This document shows positions 11,270-23,159 of a DNA stretch of 42,433 nt, piece after piece; position 1 is the first letter of the stretch, and each line of letters starts with the position of its first letter. The stretch covers positions 46,989,973 to 47,032,405 of the forward strand of contig NC_068988.1 of NCBI RefSeq assembly GCF_001194135.2. The letters are read 5' to 3'. Position numbers and translations under genes: made by a program. This stretch comes from Octopus bimaculoides. Its lineage: Eukaryota. The notes under the pieces were generated by a model. The model saw only the letters and a program-made list of their open reading frames with translations, did not search any database and had not been told where the DNA came from.

Positions 11270-12059
11270 GTATGTATATGTAATTCCATAATATGTATGT
11301 ATATGTGTGTGTGCATGTGTGTGTATGGAGAGAGAAAGAAGGAGAAATAGAGAGGGAACTTATGAAATGCTAGTCTTCTTCAGAACGCAGCAAAATATTT
11401 GCATAATGGTTGACTGCAAACTGATGAAGCAAAAATTAAACAAGTTTGGCAGATAATAGCTGTCAAAGTCAGCAATATCATGCAAAGATGTTGGCAGAAT
11501 CTGCAAGAGGGTTGGGTGATAGGTTATATAAGATCAAGTTAATTTTTGAAGTTAGAAACTAGGCTAAACCATACTTAATGTACATATGATAACTTCACTC
11601 AATCCATGCTGCAAATCTGTGAGTAGTATGAAATGCTTTAGCATAAAACCTCTCTTAATCCTCTCCAGAATACTACGCATACATAGATGCACACATAGAG
11701 ATACTCACATACATCTATACATATATACGCACATATGTATATATAAGTGTATATATTACATAATACATATATGCATATATGTATATCTGTATGCATGAAT
11801 ATCTATATGCATGTATATTTGTAATGTCAGCAACCTCTTTATATTGCATTGGTAAATTAATAATTGTCTTTAGTTCAACAGTAACTGATGAAGTAAAGTC
11901 ATCGAAAGATCTCAGTGTCTCATGAGATAAGTTGTTTCTTTTGTGTGATGTGTGTTTGATATTTATTTGAAGTTCATTTTTTGCGTTTGTTCGACCCTTC
12001 AGCATTGGGTGGTGGGGAATTGCTGGTATCAAGTAGATGGCACCCATGAAATCGTAATT

Positions 12060-12437
12060 CTAGCCATTGCCAGTAGCATGATCTTTGAACGTTGGGCCTC
12101 GTGGGGATGTTGACAAGTGACAGAGACCTCCGGTGATATGCTGTGGTTGAGAAGACTTGTCAAGCCAAGTGAAACCGTAAACATGACCATGGCCATTGCT
12201 AGTGTCATGTAAATACCGGCCCATGTTGTTGACACATAAAAAAGCACCAGTTGCACTCTTGGAAGGGTATCCAGCCATAGAAACCATGTCGAATCAGACT
12301 GAAACCTGGTGCACTCCTCTGGTTCACCCGTTCCAGTCAAACCATCTAACTCATGCCAGCATGGAAAGTGGATGGTAAATGGTGGTGGTGGTGGTGATGA
12401 TGATGAAGATGATGATGATGATGATGATGATGATGAT
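12060..12437 (+). mobile_element. RTE LINE 3' end (ORF2 terminus, UTR and (GAT)n tail running into a gap)
   Basis: Translates LGLVGMLTSDRDLR*YAVVEKTCQAK*, then the UTR shared with 1863-2200. Confidence 0.8.
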
Positions 12438-12936
12438 NNNNNNNNNNNNNNNNNNNNNNNNNNNNNNNNNNNNNNNNNNNNNNNNNNNNNNNNNNNNNNN
12501 NNNNNNNNNNNNNNNNNNNNNNNNNNNNNNNNNNNNNNNNNNNNNNNNNNNNNNNNNNNNNNNNNNNNNNNNNNNNNNNNNNNNNNNNNNNNNNNNNNNN
12601 NNNNNNNNNNNNNNNNNNNNNNNNNNNNNNNNNNNNNNNNNNNNNNNNNNNNNNNNNNNNNNNNNNNNNNNNNNNNNNNNNNNNNNNNNNNNNNNNNNNN
12701 NNNNNNNNNNNNNNNNNNNNNNNNNNNNNNNNNNNNNNNNNNNNNNNNNNNNNNNNNNNNNNNNNNNNNNNNNNNNNNNNNNNNNNNNNNNNNNNNNNNN
12801 NNNNNNNNNNNNNNNNNNNNNNNNNNNNNNNNNNNNNNNNNNNNNNNNNNNNNNNNNNNNNNNNNNNNNNNNNNNNNNNNNNNNNNNNNNNNNNNNNNNN
12901 NNNNNNNNNNNNNNNNNNNNNNNNNNNNNNNNNNNN

Positions 12937-13142
12937 ATATATATATATATATATACACACATATATATACTCATATATACGACAGGCTTCTTTCAGTTTC
13001 CATCTACCAAATCCACTCACAAGGCTTTGGTCAGCCCGAGGCTATAGTAGAAGACATTTGCGCAAAGTGCCACGCAGTGGGATTGAACCCGGAACCTTGT
13101 GGCTGGTAAGCAAGCTACTTACCACACAGCCAATCCTACGCC
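12937..13142 (-). mobile_element. SINE family A, 5' half (3' half lost in a gap)
   Basis: Reverse complement of the family A head (GGCGTAGGATTGGCTGTGTGGTAAG...). Confidence 0.9.
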
Positions 13143-13475
13143 TAGTAATTGAATGTGACATTCCTGTGATCCACAATATAATCTAATTGTGCATTATCGT
13201 ATTGCTTCAAGATGTCGATGATGTGATTGTTTATTTTGAGAACGGCATTGTAGCATAGGTGTGAGAGGCTTGGTCTGGCCAGTTTTAACAGAAAACAGGG
13301 AGAATATTTAGGCTGGATTATGACTGGTGCAAATGCGAAATGGTTAACTCTCATAAAATCATAGCCCCAATCCCTTGTTTATTTGTAGTGCCCTCTTAGT
13401 GACTAAATATCTTGAAAAACAATTGTACAGCTTAGATTATATTGTGGCTCACAGGAATGTCACATTCTATTACTA
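13143..13475. repeat. 44-bp inverted repeat pair enclosing a 5'-truncated TTAA-MITE
   Basis: 13143-13186 versus the reverse complement of 13432-13475: 2 mismatches. The interior 13190-13348 matches the 3' two-thirds of the MITE at 5396-5608. Confidence 0.85.
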
Positions 13476-13929
13476 GGTATGCTGAGGACGCCTTAACACA
13501 TAACACATAACCCTTTAGTAAATCTATATTAATACTTTAGAATTTTCAACAATGAGTTATTCATAAATTTTCTTAAACACAAGTATGATTGGTAAAACAA
13601 AGTAGGCAATAGTTCTTATTTTTTTTATTTTTCCAATACTCAATTTTAAAACGCCATATATTTTGTTTTTAATTTCTTGTAAGATACCATGTGAAGTGCA
13701 TCAATAATTTTTATTTGATCTTCAGTGCATCATAAAATCAAAAACGGTGTAAAGTTTTACTATTTTTTTTGATGTTGTTAATATCATCATCATCATCATC
13801 ATCGTTGTCGTCATCGTCGTCGTCGTCGTCATCATCATCATCGTTATCATCATCATCATCATCATCATCATTGTCACCGACATCATGATCATGATGATGA
13901 TGATCATCATCATGATCATCATCATCATC

Positions 13930-13960
<31 letters not shown>

Positions 13961-14094
13961 ATAGTTTGTTATTGTGATGAACAAAATGTCAGTTTGAAAA
14001 CTAAAATAAGTGTATACAACTCTTGTATTTTGAGCACACTCTTGAATGAACAGAAAGAAGCCTGGACTCTATACTAGAGACATATAAATAATAA

Positions 14095-14243
14095 TAATGG
14101 TTTTAAATTTTGGCAGAAGGTCAGAAATCTTAGGAAAAGGGGAAAGTCAATTGCATCGACGCCAGTGCTTATCTGGTGCCTATTTTACCAACCCTGAAAG
14201 GATGAAAGGCAAAGTTGACTTTAGCAGAATTTAAACTCCAATC
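14095..14243 (-). mobile_element. SINE family B, partial
   Basis: Reverse complement of the family B central block and tail, with (TAA)n. Confidence 0.75.
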
Positions 14244-14329
14244 ATGAAGATGTGTGAAATGCCAGTAAGCTTTTTGTCCTGCATGCTAACAGTTGCATCA
14301 ATTTGCTGTCTTAATAATGATTATAAGAG

Positions 14330-15232
14330 GAAAAGGCAAAAACAAAACAAGAAGTACAAAAAGGACATGAAAAAGCACTACACAATGAGAGACTGCACAA
14401 TCAATTTCATGAAGCCACAACTGAAGTTGCTGGAAAACATAAGTGGGACTGGCTGAAGAAAGGAACACTGGGAAAAGAGACTGAGAGTACTCTACTTGCA
14501 GAGCAAAACCAAGCTTTGGCCACAAATTAGTGGGTCAGCCTTAGGAATGAGTATGTGTCTCCACTGTGCTGCATTTGTGATTGGATGGATGAAGCCATTG
14601 TCCATATCATGAACGAATACCCTAGATTTGCCCCAAACCACTGTAAGTTGTGCAACACAATGTGGTAGCAAAAGTGCTACATTGGAAAGTATAGGAAAAG
14701 TGGGGTCTAGAGGAAGGGAAGATGTGTTATAAGTACAAACCAAATAAGGTGGTGGAGTCAGAAACCTGCAAAATCCTGTGGGATTTTCTAATCCAAATAG
14801 ATCAGGTACTAGAGCACAAGATGGACCTAGAGGTGGTGGACAAGGGGAACTATATGTATTGTATAACTGGTTTTGCATGTCCTTTGACCCTTGAATAGTC
14901 TAGAAGGAAGGTGATAAAATAGTCATATACAATCCTCTTAACTATGGTTGACAATATATGCATCTCTGACCATGAACAGAAATAGTGGAGAAGTGTCATA
15001 GAGGTTTGAATAGTTCACCTCTGGAAACATGGATGTTTTATTCATCATCCTTAAAGAAACATTATTCAGGGACCTTTTGAGCTGGATGGGCTACTCGACT
15101 GGAAGAAAATTCTAACTGGGCCCCCACATGCAAGGTCATGTACTGTTTAATTCATGGTGGGTTTTATATATTTGTACCCCAATGTCACCATGATGGCATT
15201 CATTGCTCTCTCACTCAGTAATAATAATAATA
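14330..15232 (+). mobile_element. Decayed R4/Dong-clade non-LTR retrotransposon, 3' part (zinc knuckle, RLE endonuclease, 3' UTR, (TAA)n tail)
   Basis: Translation across stops and frameshifts: RLHNQF...WDWLKKGTLGKETESTLLAEQNQALATN; CCICDWMDEAIVHI; HNVVAKVLHWKV; YKPNKVVESETCKILWDFLIQIDQVLEHKMDLEVVDK; FACP...KEGDKIVIY. These are the characteristic R4/Dong C-terminal motifs. Confidence 0.85.
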
Positions 15233-15412
15233 TTGGTTTCAAATTTTGGCACAAAGCAAGGACGTTCAACTCCTGACCTCAAATGGTACTTATTTTATTG
15301 ACCATGAAGGGATAAAAGGCAAAGCTGACCTGTGCAGTATTTGAACTCAGAACATAGAGAGACAAAATGCCGCTCAACTTTTTACCCTGCATGCTAACGG
15401 TTCAGCCTGTTA
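15232..15412 (-). mobile_element. SINE family B
   Basis: Reverse complement of the family B body. Confidence 0.75.
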
Positions 15413-16132
15413 ATAACAACAACAACAGACAACAAAATGTATCCTCTTCTATGAAAATGTGTAGTCTTCTACTTATACTAATAATCAATATTATTATCTC
15501 AGTTGAAAAACAAACATTATGATTCCAATAATTAACTATCAGATCAAGAAGACATCCCCAGGTTTTAGCATAAGAATGTTGTAATGCTTCAATGCACCGT
15601 GAATAAACAGATCTGGTGAGTTAGAGTTTGTTTGTAGAAATTCACTTCAACTAAATGAAACATCAATCAAAATTGCATTGAAAATTCTTGTAGAATTTAC
15701 AACCATAGATCATTGGAACAAAATGATCAAAGATTTATCCGGTCTATTTGAAATAAATCTTGGGGCAACTTGTTGAAATTCACATGCATCCACATATACC
15801 ATAAAATATAAATATATTCCCTGCTCCTCTCTGTCTCCGTCTGTCTGATTGTCACTCCCTTTCTCTCTCTCCCTCTGTCTGTCTGTCTCTCTCTATGTCT
15901 ACTCATCATGCTCTCTCGCCTTCTCGCTCTCTCTTTTATTTATCATATGTTCTCTTTGTCTTGTATTCACACACATTCAATCAGCTGCATGCATTCAAAG
16001 ATAGTCATTGGAATAAACAGGAAAATCTCTTCTTTTCAGGTTTGGCTGCATTGTCACAATAATAAAAAAACATATAACCTGATCCATTGATCATGATATA
16101 ATATGCTGTTATAGAACTGGAAAAAAAAAAAA

Positions 16133-16201
<69 letters not shown>

Positions 16202-16376
16202 TTATATTTTATAGGTTAACAACAGATATTGGCTACATAATCTTTTTATAATATTAGGGCATTAAGTATAGTTTGCTGTGGTCAGTGATTTGTTGTTTGA
16301 ACAGATATGAGAGATTATTATAAGCATTTTCATTGCATTGCATATAAGGGCTTCTCTGGTCAAAAATAAATGGTCT

Positions 16377-16419
<43 letters not shown>

Positions 16420-16496
16420 CTGCTGTTGTTCTCGTCATCATCATCACCATCATCGTCGGCATCATCGTCATCATCATCATCATCATCATCATTATA

Positions 16497-17520
16497 GCAG
16501 CAAGCTGGTAAAACTGTTAGTACGTTAGACAAAATGCTAAGGCAGTATTTCAGAAGTTTTTATTTTCTGAGTTCAAATTCTGTCAACACCAAATTTACCT
16601 TTCCACTTTACAGGGTTGATAACATAAGTACCATTCAAGTACTGGGGTTGATTTAATTGAGTAGTCCCATTTTCCAAAATGTTGGGCCTTTTGCCTATAG
16701 CAGAGAGAATCATCATTATCATCATTATCATCCCCCTCCTCCTCCTCCTCATCCTCCTCCTCATCATCATCATCATTGTCATTGTCGTCGTCATCATCAT
16801 CATCATTGTCATCATCATCATCACCGTCATCATCATCATCACCGTCATCATCATCATCATCATCATCAACATCAAGACAGTGAACTGGTTGAATCATTGG
16901 CACACCGGCAAAGATGCATTGCAGCAGTTTTTTAGTTCAAATTCTACATAGGTCGACTTTGCCTTTAATCATTTTGGCATAGATAAATTAAGTACCAGTT
17001 GAATACTGGGTCGATCTAATCGACTAGCCCCCCCCACTCCCAACTTTCAGGCCTTGTGCCTAGAGCAGGAAAGAATATTCATCATATTCATCATCTTTGA
17101 GGCAGTGAGCTGGTGCAATTGTTAGCTTTCCAGGCAAAATGCTTAGCAGTATTTCATCTGTCTTTACGTTCTGAGTTCAATTCCACTGAGGTCGACACTG
17201 GGGTTGATGTTATCGACTCATCCCCCACCCCAAAAATCCTGCCCTTGTGGCAAAATTTGAAACTGTTATTATTATGATGATGATTATTGTTATCAGATGC
17301 AGTAATGAGGCAAGCTGGCAGAGTTGTTAGCATGCCGGGTGAAATGCTTAGCAGTATTTCATCTGCTGCTATGTTCTGAGTTCAAATTCTGCCAAGGTCG
17401 ATTTTGCCTTTTATCCTTTTAGGATCAATTGAATGAGTACCAGTTACGCAGTGGGGTTGATGTCATTGACTTAATCCATTCCCCCAAATTTCAGGCCTTG
17501 TGCTTCCAGTAGAAAGCATT
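16497..17520 (+). mobile_element. Head-to-tail stack of four family B SINEs
   Basis: Heads at about 16497, 16876, 17099 and 17307, each with a B box (gagttcaaattc) and central block, separated by (CAT)n or (ATT)n tracts. Confidence 0.85.
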
Positions 17521-19268
17521 ATTATTAGTTGTAGTAGCGATAGCAGGAGCAGGAGCAGCTGTAGTAGTAGTAGTAGTGGGGGGAACAGGAGGAGGAACAG
17601 CAGCAACAGAAAAATTAGGTTCCCTTCATGTTGCGCTTTCATCAGTATTAGTTTCCCACTCTTGGTGTTCGCATTGGTGTGAGGGTGTGGTGCCAGTGGC
17701 AGAAGCAGTCGTCTCCTTGATGTGATGAGAGCTAGATCATACATACATATAAATATGTGCGATTGTGTGTCCATGGATGCATGTGTGAGTGAGTGTGTGT
17801 GCATGCGTGCGTGTGTTTGTGTGTGTGTGTGTGCGTGTGTGTAAGCATATATCAAATAACTTCTGGCTGAGATTGATATGAATTTAAGTTGTATTGATTG
17901 ACAAAATAGTGGCACATTTGATCCTAATAATTACCAGGTCACTTCCTGATAGTTTTTGTTTGTTGTGCTTCTCAGACCCTAAGACATTTTTCTTCTACTT
18001 TTACAAAATTTTGTAGGAAATTCTTCCCCTACTTATCTTTTTCTATTTTTGCGTTGTGGTGGCTGGGGGAGGGGGGTATATTTCTAGAAATCTCCATAAT
18101 CATTTTACTTCTTTCCCTTTTTTTTTTCAATCGTTCTTTTCTTCGTTCTTTCTGATTTTTTGTTTTTGTTTTACTTTTGCCTCATTTTTTAAAATCTTTT
18201 TCTCATGAATTCTTTTCAGTATTTGTTCGTTTCTCAGATATCATTCTTGTGTTTGTTGTTGCTATTGTTGCTGTTGTTGTTGTTGTCACTGTTGTTGTTG
18301 ATTTTGCTTCCTTCCTTCTTTGCCTTTGATCTGTTTCTTTCCAAATGACGTTGGCTTACTTTCACTTCTCCTTATAATTGTTTACACCAACAACAAGAAT
18401 ATTAAGAATAAAAACAACAAAAAGAATAATTTACCATAAGAAAAAAAAACAATACAGAACTAGTATTTATAAACGACAAATTATACTGAGTCATCTCAAT
18501 ATTACTCCCTCTATCTTGCACTTGTTCTCTCCCTCTCTCTTTTTCCCTTCTTCACATTATTTAGCATCAACTTATGTGACTTTTCCTTCGAACTTTGTCC
18601 TCTTCATTCCTGCTTTTCATTTCAATATGTATGTATATGTCTGCCTGTCTGCCTGTTTGTCTATCTATCTACCTAACTATCCATCCATCCGGACGTCTGT
18701 CCGTCCGTTCGTCCATCCATCCATCCATCCGTCTATCTGTTTGTCTCTCTCTCTATCTCTCTCTCTCTCTATCTATCTAGCTAGCTAGCTGTCTATCTAT
18801 ATGTCTGTCTATTTATCTATCTATCTATCTATCTATCTATCAATCTGGCCGTCTGTCTGCCTGTCTGTCTGTCTGTCTATTTATCTATCTATGTGTGTGC
18901 ATGCATATATATAGCATACTTCCACTGCACACACTATACTTGTGTGTGCATATGTGTGTATGTGTGTGTATGTGTATGTGTGTGTGTGTGTGCATGTGCG
19001 TGTGTGCATGCATGTGCATGTGTGTGTGTGTGCATGTATTAGGAATGTATGAAAAGAGAATTGACTGCTCTTATCTCCAGATAACCAGAGGGGAGTCGTT
19101 GCTTAAAAAAAAAAAAAAGAAAATATTAAATAATGCAAGAAAAAAAAAGGATGTTTAAGAATTTCTTGATTATACAGAACCCAATGAGGATGAACTCACA
19201 CATCAACATATGTGTACATGCGTACATATGTGTATATATGAACGAGTGTGTGAGTGTATGTGTGTGTT

Positions 19269-19303
<35 letters not shown>

Positions 19304-19811
19304 TAAATGAGAGAAAGAGAAAGAAAATAGAATTCACGAGAGTGATTATTAATCACAATAATTGTTTGTGATTAATAAAGAATCTCATGAATTCCATTTT
19401 CACTCATTTGCTATTTACATCACAGACATGGAGGAATTCCTGAAGTAAATTAAGTGGCATTTTATATCTACACTGTTGATGACNNNNNNNNNNNNNNNNN
19501 NNNNNNNNNNNNNNNNNNNNNNNNNNNNNNNNNNNNNNNNNNNNNNNNNNNNNNNNNNNNNNNNNNNNNNNNNNNNNNNNNNNNNNNNNNNNNNNNNNNN
19601 NNNNNNNNNNNNNNNNNNNNNNNNNNNNNNNNNNNNNNNNNNNNNNNNNNNNNNNNNNNNNNNNNNNNNNNNNNNNNNNNNNNNNNNNNNNNNNNNNNNN
19701 NNNNNNNNNNNNNNNNNNNNNATATATATATTAGTTATCTCTGGATTGGTCAGTTTCTGGATTAACTCTTAATTATATTTATTTGCCACAAGAGATTGCT
19801 AATAACTACAC

Positions 19812-19980
19812 ACATTTTTTCTCTCCTTGTTTCCTTCTGTGTTCCTTTCTGTGGAAGAGTGTAGGTTCGAAATGTTAAACACTTTTTCAATTCCCGAGCG
19901 TTATATTAATACATCTGTTTGTTTTTTTACACCACCTGTCTTTGTCTTTTGGTTTTTTGTGAATTCTCCCTATATATATA
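19812..19980 (+). mobile_element. Penelope-like terminal fragment with hammerhead-like motif and (TA)n end
   Basis: ctttCTGtgGAaGAGTgtagGTTCGAAAtgttaaac...gtgaattctccctatatata; homologues at 7608-7760 (minus) and 31118-31218. Confidence 0.6.
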
Positions 19981-20229
19981 TACATATATAGATAATATAA
20001 AAGGATAAAATTGTAAAAAATACATAAACAAGAGAAAAAATTGGCAAACAGGACAAGTGAACAGAGAGAGACAATACTTCATCAGTTGTTGGCTGTCAAT
20101 CTATTTCTCATTTCGAGCATTCAATGACAATATGAGTCTTCAGAGACAGTTGCTCCCATAAATTCTAAAATAAAATTTAGGATTTATGGAGAGTCAAAGT
20201 TGGGGAAAAAAAAAACAGGTCAATGCAGA

Positions 20230-20746
20230 CATACAAGGAGACTGAACAAAAACAAACATGGAGGATCGTTAGACCAGAATGAGAGGAAACTAGTGTATGC
20301 AGGAAGAATTATTTTCTTTGGAAAGAGAAAAGATAGAAGAGAGAGAAAAAACGTGCAATCCTTTGAACATTCGTGCAGAAAAAGAAAGATGGTCATGTGA
20401 GGAAAGGAAAGTTGGACGATGTTTATGAGTGAGCAATGAGAGAGAGAGAAAAAAGAGAAAGATGTATATATGCCTGTGCACATTTTTGAATGCAGTGTAT
20501 GCCAGAAGGTTTGCAAATCCAACGGAGGCCTCAGAAGACATTTTAAGATCCACAAAGAGCAGAACTTATCTGCAGCTCTTCGTGGTCCAAATTGGATATG
20601 CAATCTATGTAGGTGTCTTTTCAGCACATTGTCTGGTTTAAAACGTCACATTAGATGTCATGAGGGTGCTAAGGTGTAGGCACAGGAAGTGGTCAAACTC
20701 TGCATAAGGAGTAGACAAGCACCATATATATATATATATATATATA
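20230..20746 (+). mobile_element. 5'-truncated RTE-like LINE 3' end with C-terminal zinc fingers, short 3' UTR and (TA)n tail
   Basis: RKLVYAGRIIFFGKRKDRR (20284-20340) resembles the RTE motif KQLLYGELxxGKRxxGRP, followed by a disrupted K/R/E-rich segment and the zinc-finger ORF. Confidence 0.6.
20470..20679 (+). CDS. 69-aa ORF with two C2H2 zinc fingers (probably a LINE ORF2 C-terminus rather than a free gene)
   Basis: CSVC-x12-HFKIH and CNLC-x12-HIRCH, both exact C-x2-C-x12-H-x3-H; L at C+10 in both and F at C+4 in finger 2; 13-aa linker that is not TGEKP. Confidence 0.6.
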   Translation: MPVHIFECSVCQKVCKSNGGLRRHFKIHKEQNLSAALRGPNWICNLCRCLFSTLSGLKRHIRCHEGAKV

Positions 20747-21474
20747 NNNNNNNNNNNNNNNNNNNNNNNNNNNNNNNNNNNNNNNNNNNNNNNNNNNNNN
20801 NNNNNNNNNNNNNNNNNNNNNNNNNNNNNNNNNNNNNNNNNNNNNNNNNNNNNNNNNNNNNNNNNNNNNNNNNNNNNNNNNNNNNNNNNNNNNNNNNNNN
20901 NNNNNNNNNNNNNNNNNNNNNNNNNNNNNNNNNNNNNNNNNNNNNNNNNNNNNNNNNNNNNNNNNNNNNNNNNNNNNNNNNNNNNNNNNNNNNNNNNNNN
21001 NNNNNNNNNNNNNNNNNNNNNNNNNNNNNNNNNNNNNNNNNNNNNNNNNNNNNNNNNNNNNNNNNNNNNNNNNNNNNNNNNNNNNNNNNNNNNNNNNNNN
21101 NNNNNNNNNNNNNNNNNNNNNNNNNNNNNNNNNNNNNNNNNNNNNNNNNNNNNNNNNNNNNNNNNNNNNNNNNNNNNNNNNNNNNNNNNNNNNNNNNNNN
21201 NNNNNNNNNNNNNNNNNNNNNNNNNNNNNNNNNNNNNNNNNNNNNNNNNNNNNNNNNNNNNNNNNNNNNNNNNNNNNNNNNNNNNNNNNNNNNNNNNNNN
21301 NNNNNNNNNNNNNNNNNNNNNNNNNNNNNNNNNNNNNNNNNNNNNNNNNNNNNNNNNNNNNNNNNNNNNNNNNNNNNNNNNNNNNNNNNNNNNNNNNNNN
21401 NNNNNNNNNNNNNNCATACATATGTGTGTATGTATGTTTGTATGCATATGTATATTGCCAAAGCAGAAGTATAT

Positions 21475-21645
21475 CATCATCATCATTGTTTAAACATCTG
21501 CTTTCTCATATTTGCATTTGTTGAGGCAGATTTTTCTACAGTTAGATGCCCTTCCTGTTGCTAACCTTAAACTGTTTGCATGTAAGGTAATATTTCCCCA
21601 GTGGTAGACCTGTTTTACTTGGAAGACTAGAAACATACACCATCA
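21475..21645 (-). mobile_element. Non-autonomous element or fragment with an RTE-type tail
   Basis: catcatcatcattgtttaaacatctgctttc...gatgcccttcctgttgctaacc is the reverse complement of the RTE tail motif. Confidence 0.6.
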
Positions 21646-21691
21646 CTTGTATGTATGTATGTATGTTTGTATGTATGTATGTATGTATGCA

Positions 21692-21740
<49 letters not shown>

Positions 21741-22363
21741 GTGTGTGTGTGTGTGCACCTGCACACATTTTTGTGTTAGTTTTTGTGTATAATAGCAATG
21801 TCATTTATGTCCTGCATAAGCAATTTGTTTCACATCTTTGTGATTTGATTTACAGAAACCACTAGCGGAATAAAATACCTTGCTTTATGATAAGAATTGG
21901 CATTACAAATAGTATCAGACTACAGAGTGTAACTTCAAGAATTCTTGTTCATCCCATAGGGAGATGGAAAAAGCAGCTGTAAAAATGGTGATGAGTATCA
22001 TCCTGATATGATGTTAAGATGATATTTAAAATTATAGCTAAAATGATGAAAAACTTGAAAATGAAACCAGGCTGTATCGAAATAACTATATAATATATTC
22101 TATATTTCCTCTGGATACAATTGTGCTTCTAGCAATAAGACACTCATAAAATGTATATCGACATGTGATATTTCATCAACAGAATAACAAAGAGAGTCAT
22201 ATGTGAATTTTACAGTTTATATACACCATGAAGTAGAAACTAGTGATAGATGGAAAAGAACCATATTTGGCCTCATGTTTCAGTATATTTTCATAAATGC
22301 CTGACTGCTAAAAATATGACAGTGTTTAAAAAAGATCTACGATATATTATATATTTATTTATA

Positions 22364-22594
22364 GGCGGCGAGCTGGCTGAAACATTAGCACGCCGGGCGA
22401 AATGCTTAGCGGTATTTCGTCTGCCGTTACGTTCTGAGTTCAAATTCCGCCGAGGTCAACTTTGCCTTTCATCCTTTTGGGGTCGATAAATTAAGTACCA
22501 GTTACGCACTGGGGTCGATGTAATCGACTTAATCCGTTCGTCTGTTCTTGTTTGTTCCCTCTATGTTTAGCCCCGTGTGGGCAATAACAAAATA
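22364..22594 (+). mobile_element. Young full-length family B SINE with a 20-bp target-site duplication
   Basis: CpG-rich and apparently little decayed; flanks GATATATTATATATTTATTT (22341-22360) and GATATCTTATATATTTATTT (22595-22614) differ at 1 position. Confidence 0.9.
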
Positions 22595-22694
22595 GATATC
22601 TTATATATTTATTTCAGAATGCTGCTTAATCCTATGCTCTTGTATGTCTTTGTGTTCACTGTACATACATATCACTATGATATGAAATAAGTTG

Positions 22695-23130
22695 ATGAGC
22701 TGAGAGAATCATTAGCACTCTAGTCAAAAAGCTTAGCATCATTTCATTTGTCTTTAACTTCTAAGTGGGTTGACTTTTCCTTTCATGTTTGCAGAGTCAA
22801 TCGAATAAATACCATCTGAATACTGTCAATGTAACTGAATAGTCATCTTTGCCAAACTTCCAAGCATAGTGTCAATAGAGGAAAGTATTATTGCATTAAA
22901 CTCCATTTTTGTTTTTTCAATTTTGTTGAGCTCTCTGCTAATTTCTTTGCTCAAAATAATTATGCTATTATTGATATCAAATTTTGGAACAAGGCCAACA
23001 AGTTCAGTGGGAGGGAGTAAATTAATTACATCAACTGGTTCTTATTTTATCCACCTCAAAACAATGAAAGTTGGTAAAGTTGGAATTTGAACTCAGAACA
23101 CAAAGCATTTTGCCTAGTATACTAACAATT
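22695..23130. mobile_element. Two older family B SINEs: 22695-22870 (+) and about 22985-23130 (-)
   Basis: Degenerate heads and central blocks in opposite orientations. Confidence 0.7.
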
Positions 23131-23159
23131 ATGCTGAAAGACATTTACTGCTACTAGAC

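Noticed and set aside
11881-11918. CUGAUGA...GAAA-GAUCUC hammerhead-like string
   Set aside because: No stem I pairing and no real stem II; the GAUGA core instead pairs with UCAUC.
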